NCBI RefSeq assembly: GCF_009914755.1
Contig: NC_060925.1
From: the human T2T-CHM13v2.0 reference genome, Homo sapiens
Length of the DNA: 64,000 bases
Reading direction: 5' to 3' (one strand)
A program made the position numbers and the translations under genes. Each line of letters starts with the position of its first letter. The first letter of the stretch is position 1. Shown piece by piece: positions 1 to 13,329 of this stretch. The notes beneath the pieces are model-generated. The model was not told where the DNA came from. It searched no databases and worked only from the letters and a program-made list of their open reading frames with translations.

Positions 1-1398
1 TCCACAGAGTATTGTTGACATTTTAATATGAATTGCTTAAAAATATAGATCTGTTTAGGGAGAATTGACATTGTTACTAGTTTAAATATTCCAATCCACA
101 AACATGTATGTCTTCCCATTTATTTAGTTCTTCTTGGATTTACTTCTTTAGACTTGGTTTTTTGACACTCAGATATTGTACATGGTTGTTTATATTTACA
201 TTTTCTACTTTTTGCAGAGTGAGGACAATTGATAGTGTGATTTTAAATTTGTTTTTTCCAAATTTTTTTTTAGTATTTAGAAAACGTTTTCTATTTGTCG
301 ACCATGTATCCTGGAACCTTGCTAAACTTATTTATTCTAGAATATTTATGGTAGATGTATTAATATATTCCATATAGGTGAGAATGCCATCTGCAAATGG
401 GACAGTTTATATTCTGTATACTCTATAACAATTACACTATAATTATTTTTCTTTATTGCTTTGGCAAAGACTTACTGTATGATGAATATAAGTGTCCAAT
501 ATGTACTATCCTGCCTTATTTCCAACTTTAGAGGGAAAAGTCTCAGGCTTTCTCCAGTAAGTATGATGAAACGGATATTTGTAGATGTACTTCAGCAGCT
601 TGAGTATATTTTTTCTATTTCTACTTTGTTTAATGTTCATCATAAATGTTATTAAAGTGTATCAAACGTTTTCTACAGTGATTGAAATAATCTTTTTGTA
701 TCTGTTAATATAATAGATTACATTTATTGATTTTCAAATATTGAAACAGCCTTGTATTCAACTACGAATAAAACTACTTAGGTATTTTTGTTTTTATTAA
801 ATGCTTCATTCAACTTAGGAATACTTTGTTGAGTATTTTGTATCTAGGTTCATGAGGAATATGACTCAATAGCTTTTTGGCTTTTATTTTTGGTTTTCTG
901 CTACTATGTTTGTCTGGTTTGGGCATGAGGATAATGCTGGCCTCAAAATAGAATGGAAAGCATTCCCTTCTCTTCTATTTTCTTAAATAGATTGCACATA
1001 ATTTGTGTATTTCTTAAATTATGTGGTAGAATTTGTCTGTAAAACAATCCAGACATGGATATTTCATATTTGAAAGTTTTTAAACTAGTATTATACTTTA
1101 TTTAATAATTATAGGATTATTCAGATGATCTATTACATTTTGGGATGAGATTATGGTTTCCAAGAATCAATCCATTTCATCTAAAATTACAATGTATATG
1201 AGTAAATATTTCTTTATTAATGTTTTAATACGTGTGAGATTTGTTGTGGTATTTCTTCCTTTATTCTTTGATTGTTAATTTATGTTCTCGCTCATGTTTT
1301 TTTGGTCATATTTGCTAGAAGCTTATCAAAAATGTAGCTTTTTTGATTAATTTTCTTCATTATTGTTGTTTTTAATTTTACTGATATCTGCTCTTATC
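1..1398 (-). mobile_element. Old L1 (L1M-type) ORF2 fragment, decayed
   Basis: T-rich antisense L1 ORF2 motifs, e.g. gggagaattgacatt, gccatctgcaaat, gttcatgaggaatat, gataatgctggcctcaaaa; runs off the window start. Confidence 0.85.
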
Positions 1399-2034
1399 AA
1401 GGAACTTGAATTTTCAAGTTCATTAATTAAAAAAAATTGTAAGACAACATTCAACTCTCTTTTGTATAGAGTTTAGAAGAATGTTTTCCATTGAATATTT
1501 TCTATTTTTCTTATTTCTAGCAATATTTTACCCTTCTTCAGACTATCTTCAAGGCACCCTTTTATTTCTGACTTCCTACAATTTTAAATAAAAGTGGTTT
1601 CTCTTTCTTAGCTATTGGAAAATTGTTGTCAGACAACATGCTGAAAGCCACCTAAGTGCAAATTACCTTATATTTCCCTGAGTAATGTTCACAAAATTAA
1701 CCCAGCGAGTTGACTCTATGCATCTGTCTAACAAATAGCGCATTAATCAGCATCCATAGGAGCTTAGCTATGATCCCATCAAAAGAAGGTTAAAACTGGA
1801 TCAAATTCACTAATTTGCTTAGTATATGAGTAACAATTTCCCATGTAACAATGCTACTTAACCCCTCATTCCTGAAATTTCAAACTGTAGATGTGGAAGT
1901 GATTATAAAATACTTTGTATTGATGAATAAGCTCTTATGCAGTTCTCTGGAATTCTGAAATTTCAGGTTAACATAGCTTTTTTTTTTTCTTTCTTCTCTT
2001 TTTGGTTCTTCATTTTTTTTCTGCATACAAAATG

Positions 2035-2074
2035 CTTAAGTTCCGCCCTCAACACTTAAGTTCCGCCCTCACCA
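2035..2074. repeat. 20-bp tandem duplication (cttaagttccgccctcaaca x2, 1 mismatch)
   Basis: Seen directly in sequence. Confidence 0.9.
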
Positions 2075-2904
2075 CTGATCACTATCATCCAACTAATCCA
2101 ACAGCCTCATAAAAGATCATTCCCTAGTAGTAAGGACAAGATAAGCAACCATAAAGATCTTCAATTTGTACATGATCAGGAAGATAATATAATTAGCCAC
2201 AGAGGAACTATTTTCTATTATTTTATTACTTTGTAATATTAAATATTCTAATATATGAAAATATTTAAATATTAATATAACAAGTGCAGATTAAAGTAAG
2301 AGTATTAATTTTTTTGGTGTTCTTTTATGTCAAGTTTTTTTCTAATTAAAGATATAGTCTCAAGTTAATTCTATCATTTTTCCAGAAAAGCAATTTCTCT
2401 TCTAAACTCAGTTTGTATAATTTTTATTAAAAAAGTTGAGAGAATATATCTTCTTTAATTTATCATACCATGTACTCTAATACAATATACAAGATGGCAT
2501 TCTGTATTTCTAATATGATTATCACTCCAGTTTAAATAAATACATAATATTCTAATTTCCACAAATTTATGTCACTAATATTATACTGAAACTGTTTTAT
2601 ATCTAATACTATATCTTAGGAAATAATACTAAGCAGTTGCTCTATCCGAGCAATACATTGCTTATCTCAGAAATTAGAAAATATTAAGCTTGAAGGCAGC
2701 TTAAGATGCCACCTTCCCCAGATCTGGGCTTTGAGGCAATGAAAATTAGCATTGTTAATTACCTAGATTCAAACCATTCGATTACTTTGTGAGCAGCTAA
2801 AACAAACAAACAGAAAAAAACAGTTTCAGGTAATCTCTTTTCTGGTTGGGCTTTGATTAATGTATTGATTAATGTAAATCAATCAAGGTTATTTAATGTC
2901 CCTT

Positions 2905-3500
2905 TGTTACAGGTGAACCCCCAAATTGAGGCTCATCCCAGGAAGCCACATGCTTTATTGGTTCCCAGCAGGAAAGAATTCAAGAGCGAGCCCACATAGT
3001 AAAGTGAAAGCAAGTTTATTGAAAAGTAAAGAAATAAAAGGATGGCTGCTTCATAGGCAGAGCAATGCTACCCCATAGGCAGAGTAGCACTGATGGAGTG
3101 CTGCTAGCTGGCTACTTTATGACTATTTCTTCATTATGTGCTAAACAAGGGGTAAATTATTCATGAGTTTTCTGGGAAAGCAGGGGTGGAGAGGGAGGCT
3201 TAAGGACCAGGGTTTCTCCCCTTTCCAGGCCATATAGGGTAACTTCTGGATGTTACTGTGGTATTTGTAAATTGTCATGGCACTGGCAGGAATGTTTTTT
3301 AGCATGCTAGTGCATTATAATTAGTGTAAAAGGAGCAGTGAAGGTCATTTTTCCTGCCATCTTGATTGTAGCTAGTTTATGCCGGTTTCTTTACTGTATC
3401 CTCTGTTATCAGTGGGATTTTGTGACCTGTTGTTTACCGTTTCCTGTCTTAGCAGGATCATCTTGGGAAATAGTCCTGATGAATTCCTGTCTCCCCTTCA
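2905..3500 (-). mobile_element. ERV1 solo LTR, MER41 family (MER4 group)
   Basis: tg...ca termini; gaaagaattcaagagcgagcc...gtaaagtgaaagcaagtttatt; ccatatagggtaacttc...tttgtaaattgtcatggc match antisense MER41-type consensus. Confidence 0.8.
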
Positions 3501-4537
3501 TAGGTTTTCTTTTTTGTTGTTTTTTTTATTTTTTTGCTGTGGCAGAGAATGTAAGCCTAATGTTGTAATTCAGTTTTTAGCAGAGGCTAGCTCAGTAATA
3601 GATACATACTCTGACCTTGTAAATAAGATCTGAGAAATATTTCCTCAATGTCAAAATAATGAATAGACAGTCGTTACAAATTTGAATGAGAAAATTTGGC
3701 CTGTACACTTCTGGTGAATATCCAACAATTACGAGAAGACAGAGATTTAGCATGAAGCCAATATTGTGGATATCAGAACGAAAGGATGAAAATAACTCAC
3801 ATTTCTAAGCATGCAACTTAACTTCAACACTGACCAGTCACACAGCCAATTTTCACTATAGATTTTCTCTTTTTTGAGGCAAAATATACTTAGATTTTAA
3901 GATAACTTTTTTCTGTTCCATGTAGTTGAAAGAATCCTGACTGAACAGAAATTAACATCTTTAGAATGGATACAGCAGGAAACAACTTGAGAACACATGC
4001 TAGTACATAAAAATGTGACAGATGGAAAATATCAGATTTCCAAATTCATAGTATTGATATTTGTAAAATGCTATGTATGGAATAGAAAAAGAGAAGGATA
4101 CAGATGCCCAGGAATAACTGTGAAAAGCTGAAGAAGATAGAATTGAGATGAGAACTGAAGAACTGATAAGATTTGAGGATTGGCTTAGGATCATATACAC
4201 TATGTAGTTTAGAATGCATTCTACGTTTTTCTCCCAATCAGAATTCATATAAATAATGTGGATATAACCCAAATATTGCAATTAGATTTTTTAAATCAAT
4301 GTTTGTATGTAACATAAGAATTGCCCTCAGTTTTGATATAGAGATATAGAAATTGCTTTTCCATGGTGCGCTCTCCAATTTAATCAGTCATGTAACAAAA
4401 AAGATTTGTGTATGCAAAATTCAATTATTTCTCATGAAAGGGAGACCCATGTATTTTTTATATCTAAATGTGTAGCTCAGAACACAAAATATCTGCATGA
4501 TATAGAATGAAAAGCACCAAAATTATTCTAAGTTCAG

Positions 4538-4924
4538 TGTTATAAACTGAATGTTTTCATGCCTCCCTCTTTCCCTACCAAATTCATATGTTGAAATGCT
4601 AACCCTCAATGCGACGGCATTAGGAGGCAGGGCCTTTGGGAGGTAATTAGGTCATGAAGGTGGAACCCTCAGAAATGGTATTATTGCCCTTATAAAAACA
4701 ACTTTGGAGAAATCTCTTACCTTTTTAATGCCATTTGAGTATATAAGGAATATAAGGAGAAGACAGCAGCAGTCTGCAACCTGGAAGAAAGCCCTCAGTG
4801 GAACTCTTCTATGCTGACACCTTGATCTTGTACTTCCTGTATCTATAACTTTGAGAAACACATTTCTGTTTTGTATGTGCCTCCTAGTCCAAGGTACTTT
4901 GTTAAAAGGGCCCAAACTAAGACA
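4538..4924 (+). mobile_element. MaLR solo LTR (MLT1A/MSTD-like)
   Basis: tgttataaactgaatgt...aattcatatgttgaaa...gggcctttgggaggtaattaggtcatga...accttgatctt...aactaagaca. Confidence 0.85.
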
Positions 4925-5491
4925 AGATTTTTTAAGATTACAAGTTACTGTAAGAACTATGGTTGATAAAGTTGTTTTTGTCTCCCTTTACATATCTAAT
5001 TTTCTTCCTATATTCAGCCATTTCATATTGCATTTCAGTCCCTAGTATTTTCAACAAAATAAATGGGAAAACAAAGTAAGGTTATACCAAATATCTCAAA
5101 AGTAAAATCCAAAAAGAAAAGAGGAAAAGTTTTTCAATTATGTCTTCTCAGACACACGATTGACATAATTATCTCAAAATTCCTCATGAGAAAGTTATGT
5201 TTGTCCACAGCTCTAGTGAGAACATTGTATTAGTAAAGCAGACATTGACCTTTATGTTTTAGTTCTCATTTCTCTAATAATTAAAAATCTGAGTCTCCAC
5301 TGCAAGTAATAAATGAGGTTAATTTAAAAAATAATAAACAATAGACCTGAATTTTTCTCTGATAATAAGTAATAGTGCTATATATAGAGTTCTGGTTGGC
5401 AGGCATCTCTGTTATTTCTCATTACAGTCATAGTGGTGTTTCACTTTTTTTTATCCCCAATGATAGCTCCTTTGCTTTACATACTTCATTA

Positions 5492-5553
5492 ATCTATCTA
5501 TCTATGTATCTATCTATCTATCCATCCATCCATCTATCCATCCATCTATCCAT
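5492..5553. repeat. Compound (TCTA)n/(TCCA)n microsatellite
   Basis: Seen directly. Confidence 0.95.
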
Positions 5554-5959
5554 CAATCAGCATTTTTTAAACACCAAACTATGTCATGTGCTGATATTTG
5601 TTCCCATAGAATATGGTGCATATATCTGTCTCATTACTATACTATATTAAAATATATCTATTTATATTTTATGCCCTATTACATTTGAATCCCCTTAATG
5701 ATTAAGACCATATGTTATTAAACTCCATATCCTTCAAGTTTTGTCCCCAAGAGTCTAGCTATCTTGGGAAAATTGCGAGAAATATGTTGCTGATCCCTGA
5801 AGATAAGCTTGGAGAGATGCACAAAACAAACAAACAAAAACCACAAAAGTGGGGCTTCACATGACTATGGAATTTCTTAGATGGTAAGAAAACATACTCT
5901 CTTTTTGTTTGTTACTTTTCTTTTTGCTATATAACAAATTTATTTTCACATTATCATTA

Positions 5960-6868
5960 ATTCATTGTGTTTATTTAAAGTATACAACATGATGTTATGG
6001 GATACATATAGATAGCACAATGGTTACTATAGCAAAGCAAATTAATGTTTCGGAAGCTTACAGAGCTACCTATTTTTTTGTGTGGCAAGAGCGACTATAC
6101 TCATTTAGCAAAAATTTCAAAAGTAATATTATATTATTAATTACAGTCCTCATGTTTTATGTTCCATTTCTATATTTGTGTATGCTGCATATTAGCTACA
6201 TTGTATCCTTTGACCTACATCTCCCCATTTCCTCCTCCCAACCTTTAATAACCACTGTTTTATTATCTCTGTATATTTGACTTGTTTTTTTTTTTCAAAG
6301 ATTTCACAAAAAGTGAGAGCATACACAATTTTTATTTCTGCATCTGGCTTATTTTACTCAGCATAATGCCTTCCAGATTCATTCATATTGTGACAAATAA
6401 CAAGAATTCCCTTTTAAAGGCTGAATAATACTCCATTATCCATTTACCCATTTATCTATCAACAGAAACAAGTTGTTTCCATATCTTGGCTATTGTGATA
6501 CTTCTGCAAAAGGCAGGATATCATTTTTTAAGGTTGAAAAATACTTCATATTTAAGGCTGAAAAATATATATATGTACACACATATAATTATATGATATA
6601 TATATTTATGACATAATATCCAATATTATATAGAATCATAACTATAGTATGTTATATTAATATGGAATTATATAATACATATTATATACATAATTATACT
6701 ATGTAATACATACAGAAAACACATATATTCTACAGTTTATCAATCCATTCATCAATGGTAATTTATGTTGGTTTCATACCTTGAGTATTCTGAATGATGC
6801 TGCAATCAAAATGAGAGTGCAGGTATTTTTACGAGGTGTAAATGGTGTTTCCTGTGTGTATATATGCA
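5960..6868 (-). mobile_element. L1MA-type 3' UTR/ORF2 end, with AT-rich low-complexity insert (~6560-6730)
   Basis: tatttaaagtatacaacatgatgtt; tggcttattttactcagcataatgccttccagattcattcat; aggctgaataatactccatt. Confidence 0.85.
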
Positions 6869-7107
6869 GAGAAGACACAAAAATGGCCAACAAGTATATG
6901 AAAAGGAGCTCAATATCACTAATCATCAGGAAAATCAAAATAAAAATCACTATGAGATATCACCCTACACTCACTAGAATTGCTACTATCAGAAAAACAA
7001 GAGAATTGACAAAGGTATGGAGAAAAGGAAATCCTTGTACAATGTTGGAAATATAGATTGGTGCAGCCAGAAATCCCTCTTCTGGATATATATACCCAAA
7101 GGAAACA
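6869..7107 (+). mobile_element. L1 ORF2 C-terminal fragment, inverted relative to the adjacent L1
   Basis: gaagacacaaaaatggccaacaagtatatgaaaagg encodes EDTKMANKYMKRSSISLIIRKIKIKITMRYH (ORF 6781..7056), typical of the L1 ORF2 C-terminus. Confidence 0.85.
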
Positions 7108-7555
7108 TAATATTTTCTTATACGTATGTTTCCAGTTTAATTATCTAACTTTGACATCAAATGTAAAACTAAATTAACATTCGTAAAAAGGTAATTTTCT
7201 TTTATGTTGAACACTCCCATGCTTATGTGCAAACTGGAGATTATAAACATTTTTTATAATGAATTTCAATGATACGATATTGCTTCCTATTTATTTTTCT
7301 TTGAATGATAGAGTTACCATAATGAAATATATCTAGGCTAAACACTTCATAGAAAAAAAATTATAAAATAATAAAGAATAATAAATGTAATAATGCACAC
7401 ACATACAGGCAGTAGAGATTTTATTGGTGTTTCTTTGATGTAGTATTCATCCTATTATTAATAATTACCTTATATTAGTATGTTGCATATGATATTAGCA
7501 AAAATGGGACTGTTTCTCTACAAACACAGGGAAAGTGAACAAAAACTCTTTTTTT

Positions 7556-7723
7556 GGCCAGGCACGATGAAATATGCCTGTAGTGTCAGCTACTCTGGAG
7601 ACTGAGGTAGGAGGATCACTTGAGGCCAGGAGTTCAAGGTTGTAGTGGACTGTGTTCATGCTTGTGAATAGCCACTGCATTCCATCATGAGCCAAATAGA
7701 CCCCATGTCCAAAGGAAAAAAAA
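7556..7723 (+). mobile_element. FAM (fossil Alu monomer)
   Basis: Single monomer retaining the 7SL-derived gtgaatagccactgca segment; A-tail; degenerate TSD acaaaaactctttt / acaagagctttctt. Confidence 0.8.
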
Positions 7724-7749
7724 CAAGAGCTTTCTTTTTCTTTTTTTTA

Positions 7750-8658
7750 GAACTCTGGGAAAAAGTCAAAGATTTGTAGCAACCAAGTGAACAGTAAATC
7801 ATGAAGTCAACTTTAAAACAGTAGGAGAGCTTTGAGATACTTACTTGTCTTAATCCTAATTCCCTCCTAGCTCAATAGTGGTTTCGAAGATAGCAACCAT
7901 GTTCCCACTATGGCACCCTTGTCCCTAATTTCATATATATCAAAGTTGACCTTGTGCTTAAAGCACTGTGCTAGTTTGTTTTGACCTGTCGGGCAGCTAC
8001 CTGGAGGACTGATGCAAATACTTCCCTTTGTTTCACCTAACTGAGAACTCTCTTAGGGCAGAAATGTGGGTACATAGAGGTTAATCCTTGAACACTTTGA
8101 AAGGTAAATGAAGAACCCACTACTTCTTGTTGCAAAAGACTGCAATTTGAGCTTAAAAATCTTCATGCAAAAAGCTTGAGAGGAAACGTTGGGGAGAAAG
8201 AGTCTTTAAAGTTCATGGCACTGAAAAAGTTTGTTCATACTGGGGAATGTAAAAGGTTATGTGTATACCAGGGCAAGATGCATAATCAGAAAAAACCTGA
8301 GAAGACTATAAGCTTTCAGTTTAGACTCAGTTTTAGGCTGAGCCAAAGCAGGAACTGAAGAGTAATTCAGTGTGGAAAGAATGCCCCAATAAAACGCCAA
8401 TCTGCAAAGATTGAGAGAGGTGTTTGTTTGCTTGTTTTAGGCTCAGAATGTGTCAGAACACCAGCTAAACAAAAGCTAAGGGGACAGAGATGTCAGAGAC
8501 CACACATAACAGATAATACAGTCTACATAAACATAGTTTTAAAAAGTCACTAAACAAAAAACCAGCTACAAGGCAGAAAAGTAGCAGAAACAAAAACAGC
8601 ATCCTGAGGTAAAGAAGAATATGATTTCCATGATTTCCAGAATTAACATATTATGGTG
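7750..8658 (+). mobile_element. Old L1 (L1M) 5' region, continues after Tigger4
   Basis: aactctgggaaaaagtcaaagatttgtagcaaccaag resembles an L1M 5' UTR; L1 resumes at 11236. Confidence 0.6.
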
Positions 8659-8904
8659 CAGGTTGTGTATCCCTAATCTTAAAATTTTAAATGCAGAATA
8701 TATATCTTTTCCACAGAGGCCCAGATTTCCCCACACAAATATGATCAAAATGGGTATTAAAATGGTGTGTATAGGTTGGACATGCTAGTGGCAGGTTTCC
8801 CATGATATCTCACTTGGAGCTAAGACCTACATGCATTACTCACTGTGATGTTTTGTTTGTTTGTTTCCTACTCTCTGCCCTGTGGTATAAAGGAAGATAT
8901 TGGT

Positions 8905-10540
8905 GAAAATGTCAGAAAGACCTGCAGATATCCCTATGAGTAATCATATATGCTTATCTATACCACAGAAAAGCTGTTGGAGAAGCTAGACAGCCATGTA
9001 TGAAATGTCTTATGGAAGAGGATAATGTTGGAATTACCACCATACATAACCTGAAGATAGAGAATCATAAAATGTTGAAATTCTATGTAAAAATTATGAA
9101 TAGAAGTTAATGAAAATTAGAAAAATGTACTTCAATCATGTATTGAAAAAGTGGATCTATCATTATTGTGAGCATAGGCTACTTAATGATATGCTGATTA
9201 TGAAACAAGCAAAGACTTATAATGAACTAAAAATTGAAGGAAACTGTGATTATTTAATAATTGCAGAAATTTAAGAAAAGAAAATTAAATTATTAAAGAT
9301 TTGCATAATAAAGCATGTGCTGATGAAACAGCAAAGAAATATGCTGACAAATTTTTCAAGGCCTATGTTAAGAAAAATCTGATGCCAGAGCATGTCTATA
9401 AGGCTGAAGAAATGTCAGTGTTTTGGTATTATTGCCCCAGAAAGACACTGACTACAGTTGATAAGCCATCCCCTACAGGAATCAAAGATATCAAAGACAG
9501 AACAATTCTGTTGGAATGTTCTAATGCAGCAAGCATGCGTTAAGTATAACTTAACTCTCTTTGATAAGCAAAACTTTCTTTCTTGCTGTTTTCAAGAAAT
9601 AAATTTCTTATCGGTTCATTATTATGCTAACAGAAAGGCTTGGATCACCAAGAAAATGTTTTCTGTTTGGTTTCACAATATTTTGAACCAGTGGCTTGTG
9701 CTCACTGCAGGAAAGCTAAACTGAATGACAACTGCAAGATTTTCTTATTCCTTGACAACTCTGCTGCTCATCCTCCAGCTGAAATCCTCATAAAAATTAA
9801 TATCAATTTCATGTACCTTCCCCAAAATGTTACTTCATTAATTCAGTCATGTGACCAGGTTACCCACAGATCGATGAAGAATAAATATAAAAATGCTTTC
9901 CTGAACAGCATACTGGCAGCAGAGAAGAGTAGTAGGTGTGAAAGGTTTTCCAAAGCAATATAGCATGAAGGATACCATATATACTGTTACCAACACTTGG
10001 ATCACAATGATTAAGGGCACAGTATGTATGCCTGGTAAAATGTTTATCCTGAAACTATGTTCAGTGATAATGAGAAACCAACACTTGGATCACAGTGATT
10101 AAGGACACAGTATGTATGCCCGGTACAATGTTAATCCTGAAACTATGTTCAGTGATAATGAGGAACAAGATGGTCGCTCTGAAAGACTCTTTGTGTCAAG
10201 TGATTAAAATAATGTCTGACCTCCTTACATATGCAAAAAATACACATTTAGTGTTTGTTAGTATGCTCCAAGAAGAGGATATTGAAAAAGTTTTTAACGT
10301 CAATGAGGCTTCAGTTATTCATTCATTAACCAATGATGAAATAGTTAAAAGGTTTCTCAATCAAGGTGATTATGCTAATGGTGATGATAATGACATTAAC
10401 ACTGCACAAAATGAGCCTATAGACAACATGGAAAAATTATTAAATGTGCTCATTAAAGGAGTAGAGCAACATGAATTCATAACAGAAATCATGTAAGAAA
10501 TCATTTATAAAACCAAAAGGAGACTTCTAAGACAAAAATA
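8905..10540 (+). pseudogene. Decayed pogo/CENP-B-like (DDE) transposase of Tigger4
   Basis: Frameshifted ORFs 9301-10496 with VYKAEEMSVFW, YYANRKAWIT, FLFLDNSAAHP and YLPQNVTSLIQSCDQ motifs; boundaries approximate. Confidence 0.85.
9989..10164. repeat. 88-bp tandem duplication inside Tigger4
   Basis: accaacacttggatcac...cagtgataatgag repeated at 9989 and 10077, about 6 substitutions. Confidence 0.95.
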
Positions 10541-11235
10541 ATGAGGGAGATGATTCTGGAGAAAATATTTTGAAAAGCAATCCAGCATTTACCTCCTCAT
10601 CCTTATGAGACTCACTTTCTGGTCTCTCAAATACTTATGGTGTGTCTTCTCATCTAGAAAAATACAGTGCATAGTACTCTTTTAATCAAAACACAGCATT
10701 ATAGGTGAAGACTGAAAGCCTGCTCTACAGTTGTTTGTTGTTGCTATGGTTTAACATCTGCTATTTGTTCTACAGGTATTCTGGTAATGCTACTGTGCTG
10801 CTTAGTTATCCTGAATACATTACTTTTTTCACTGTATTAAGGGCATGTGATTTTATTTGCTGTTACGTACTTATGTGCAAATAAGTAAGCAAGTGATTGC
10901 TTGCTGGTAGCATATAAATTCAGAATCAGGATGGATGGTGATAACAAACAACTACAGATTGTCCACATGGATGGTTAAGATAGTGACACTTTTGCTTTCT
11001 GATGGTTCAATATGCAAATCTTATTCCATGTACACAATTATTAACATAATTGTATAAAATTACTCTGGCTATGTACATAAAGTGTATATAAAACATAAAA
11101 AAAAATTCTATTTAGACTTGGGTTCCACCCCTAAAATACCTCATTATGTATATGCAAATATTCTAAAATTAAAAATAATTAGAAATTTGAAACATTTCTG
11201 GTCCCAAGCATTCCAAATAAGAGTTACTAAAGTTG

Positions 11236-13329
11236 AATTGGAAATGTCCAGTTCACAAAAAAAATTATAAAGATGTGAGGAAAAAAAAAAGCATGACCTA
11301 CTCAAGAAAACTAATAAACTATCTCTGAGGAAGTACAGACATAGTTCTTACTAAAAATGCAAATATTTTATTTTACTTTAATTGTTTTTTTTTTACTTTT
11401 TTTCTTTTTTTGAGACAGGAGTCTTCCCCGTCACCCAGGCTGAAGTGCAGTCACGCAATTTCGGCTCACTGCGCCCTCTACCTACCAGGCTCAACTGATC
11501 TTCCCACCTCTCCCTCCTGAGTAGCTGAGACTACAGGCATGTGCCACCACACCTGGCTAATTTTTGTATTTTATACAGAGACCATGTTGCCCAGGCTGCT
11601 CTTGAACTCCTGGGCTCAGGCAATCCGCCCGCCTCGGCTTGGAATTAGAGGTGTGAGCCACTGCGTGCCTGGCCAAAAAATACAAAAACTTTAAATGAAA
11701 ATAAAATCTCATTTGTTCAAAGAGCTAAATTAAACCACAAAGAGACATTAAAAGAATAACATCACAAGAAATAGAATATCAATAAAGATAATTTATAAAA
11801 ATGAACCAAATAGAAATTACAGAGTTGAAAAGTATAAACACTGAAATGAAAAAATTATTAGACAGTTAAAACAACAGAATTAATCAAGGCAGAAAAGCAA
11901 ATCAGTAAATGTAGAGATAAATCAGTAGAATCTATTTAGTCTGAAAAGCAGAAAGAAAAAAATAATGAAGGCAAAAAAACAGATCATAAGAGACCTGCAA
12001 GACACCATCATTTGTACCAAATAAGCATAGTAGGAGTCGCAGAAAAATAAAAGAGAAAGAAGATGGCAGACAGAATATTTGAAGAAATAATGGCTGAAAA
12101 CTTCCCACGTTTGATAAAATTACATTAATTTACAAAACCCGAAGAAAGCTCAATGAATTTTAAGAAAACTGAACACAAAGAGATTCACATTGAGACACAT
12201 TATAATCAAACTGTCAAATTCAGAAACAAAAAGAGAATCTAGAAAACAACAAGAGAGAAACAATTTGACATAAACAAGTGGTTCTTAATACGATCAATAG
12301 TCAATTTATCAGCAGAAAGAATGGAGGTTAGAAAGTAATTAGATGGCAAAATTAAATTGCTGACTGGAAAAATACACCTGTGAAACAATAATTCTGTATC
12401 CAACAAAATTAAATTTCAAAAATGGAGTAGAGATTGAAACATTCCTAGGTGAACATAAACTCAGGCAGTTTGTTATTAGTAAAGCTTCCATATGAGAAAT
12501 GCAAAAGTAGTTATCTATGCGGAAATAAAAGAACACTATACAGTAACTTGAAATCATACAAAGAAAGAAAAATGGCAAAGTTAACTATGTAGGTAAATAC
12601 AAAAGGAAGTATTAGTGTATTTTTGGATTGAATTCCCTCTGCTTTTTTCTATATGATTTAAAAGACAAATGCATAAAAATATATATAAATTTAGGTTCAT
12701 GGGAAACATTTGTAAAAAGATGTAATTTGTGACAACAACAACAATAAGGGAGAGATACTGAAATACACAGGAGCAATGATTTTATGTCCTATTGAAGATA
12801 AAAAATAGTTTGTTATAAGTGTAAGAGGTTAATTGTAATCCCTAGCATGAACATTAGAAAGTAATCTAAAAATACATATAAAAAATAAATGAGAAAGGAA
12901 TAAAAACATGCATTACAAAAAATAAGTAAAAAAGAAGGCAGTAATTAAGAAAAAAAGAAAAAGTTGTGCTATATAAAAAAACAAATTGCAAAATTGTAGA
13001 AGTAAGTCTTTCCTTACAAGTAATACATTTAAAAGATTAATATCTCTAATGATAAGGCAGAGATTGGTAATGCAGATTTAAAAAATATGATCTAACTATT
13101 TGTCATATACAAGACACTCATGTTATATTCAAAGACACAAATTTTTAGAAACTGAAAAGGTGGACAAATATATTCTATGCAAATAATAACCAAAACAGAG
13201 CTAAGGTGACTGTACCATTATCATAAGAAACAGCTCTTAAGTAAAAACTGTTACAAAAGACAAAGAATGGCATTATATATTTATAAAAGTGTTAATTTAT
13301 CAAGAAGACGTAACAATTATAAAGCTAAA
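11236..13329 (+). mobile_element. Old L1 (L1M) ORF1, inter-ORF region and start of ORF2 endonuclease
   Basis: gaagaaataatggctgaaaacttccca; gacacattataatcaaactgtc; tatgatctaactatttgtcatatacaagacactc; ttataaaagtgttaatttatcaagaagac. Confidence 0.85.
11366..11674 (-). mobile_element. AluJ
   Basis: Poly-T tail, gagacagg, tcctgggctcaggcaatcc, ends cctggcc; degenerate TSD aaaaatgcaaa / aaaaatacaaa. Confidence 0.9.

Larger units (their letters stand above)
8659..11235 (+). mobile_element. Tigger4 (Zombi) pogo-family DNA transposon, near full length
   Basis: Left TIR caggttgtgtatccctaatc; right end ggtcccaagcattccaaataagagttactaaagttg (degenerate inverted TIR); internal transposase remnants. Confidence 0.9.

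Noticed and set aside
7556-7723. 7SL RNA gene
   Set aside because: Lacks most of the S domain and is heavily diverged, so a FAM monomer
9989-10164. Tandem repeats (also at 55421 and 49501) as CRISPR-like arrays
   Set aside because: No spacers, only 2-3 copies, inside eukaryotic TEs, no cas genes
9301-10496. Transposase-like ORFs as a domesticated TIGD/JRK/CENP-B gene
   Set aside because: Split across frames by stops and frameshifts and flanked by TIRs, so a dead Tigger4
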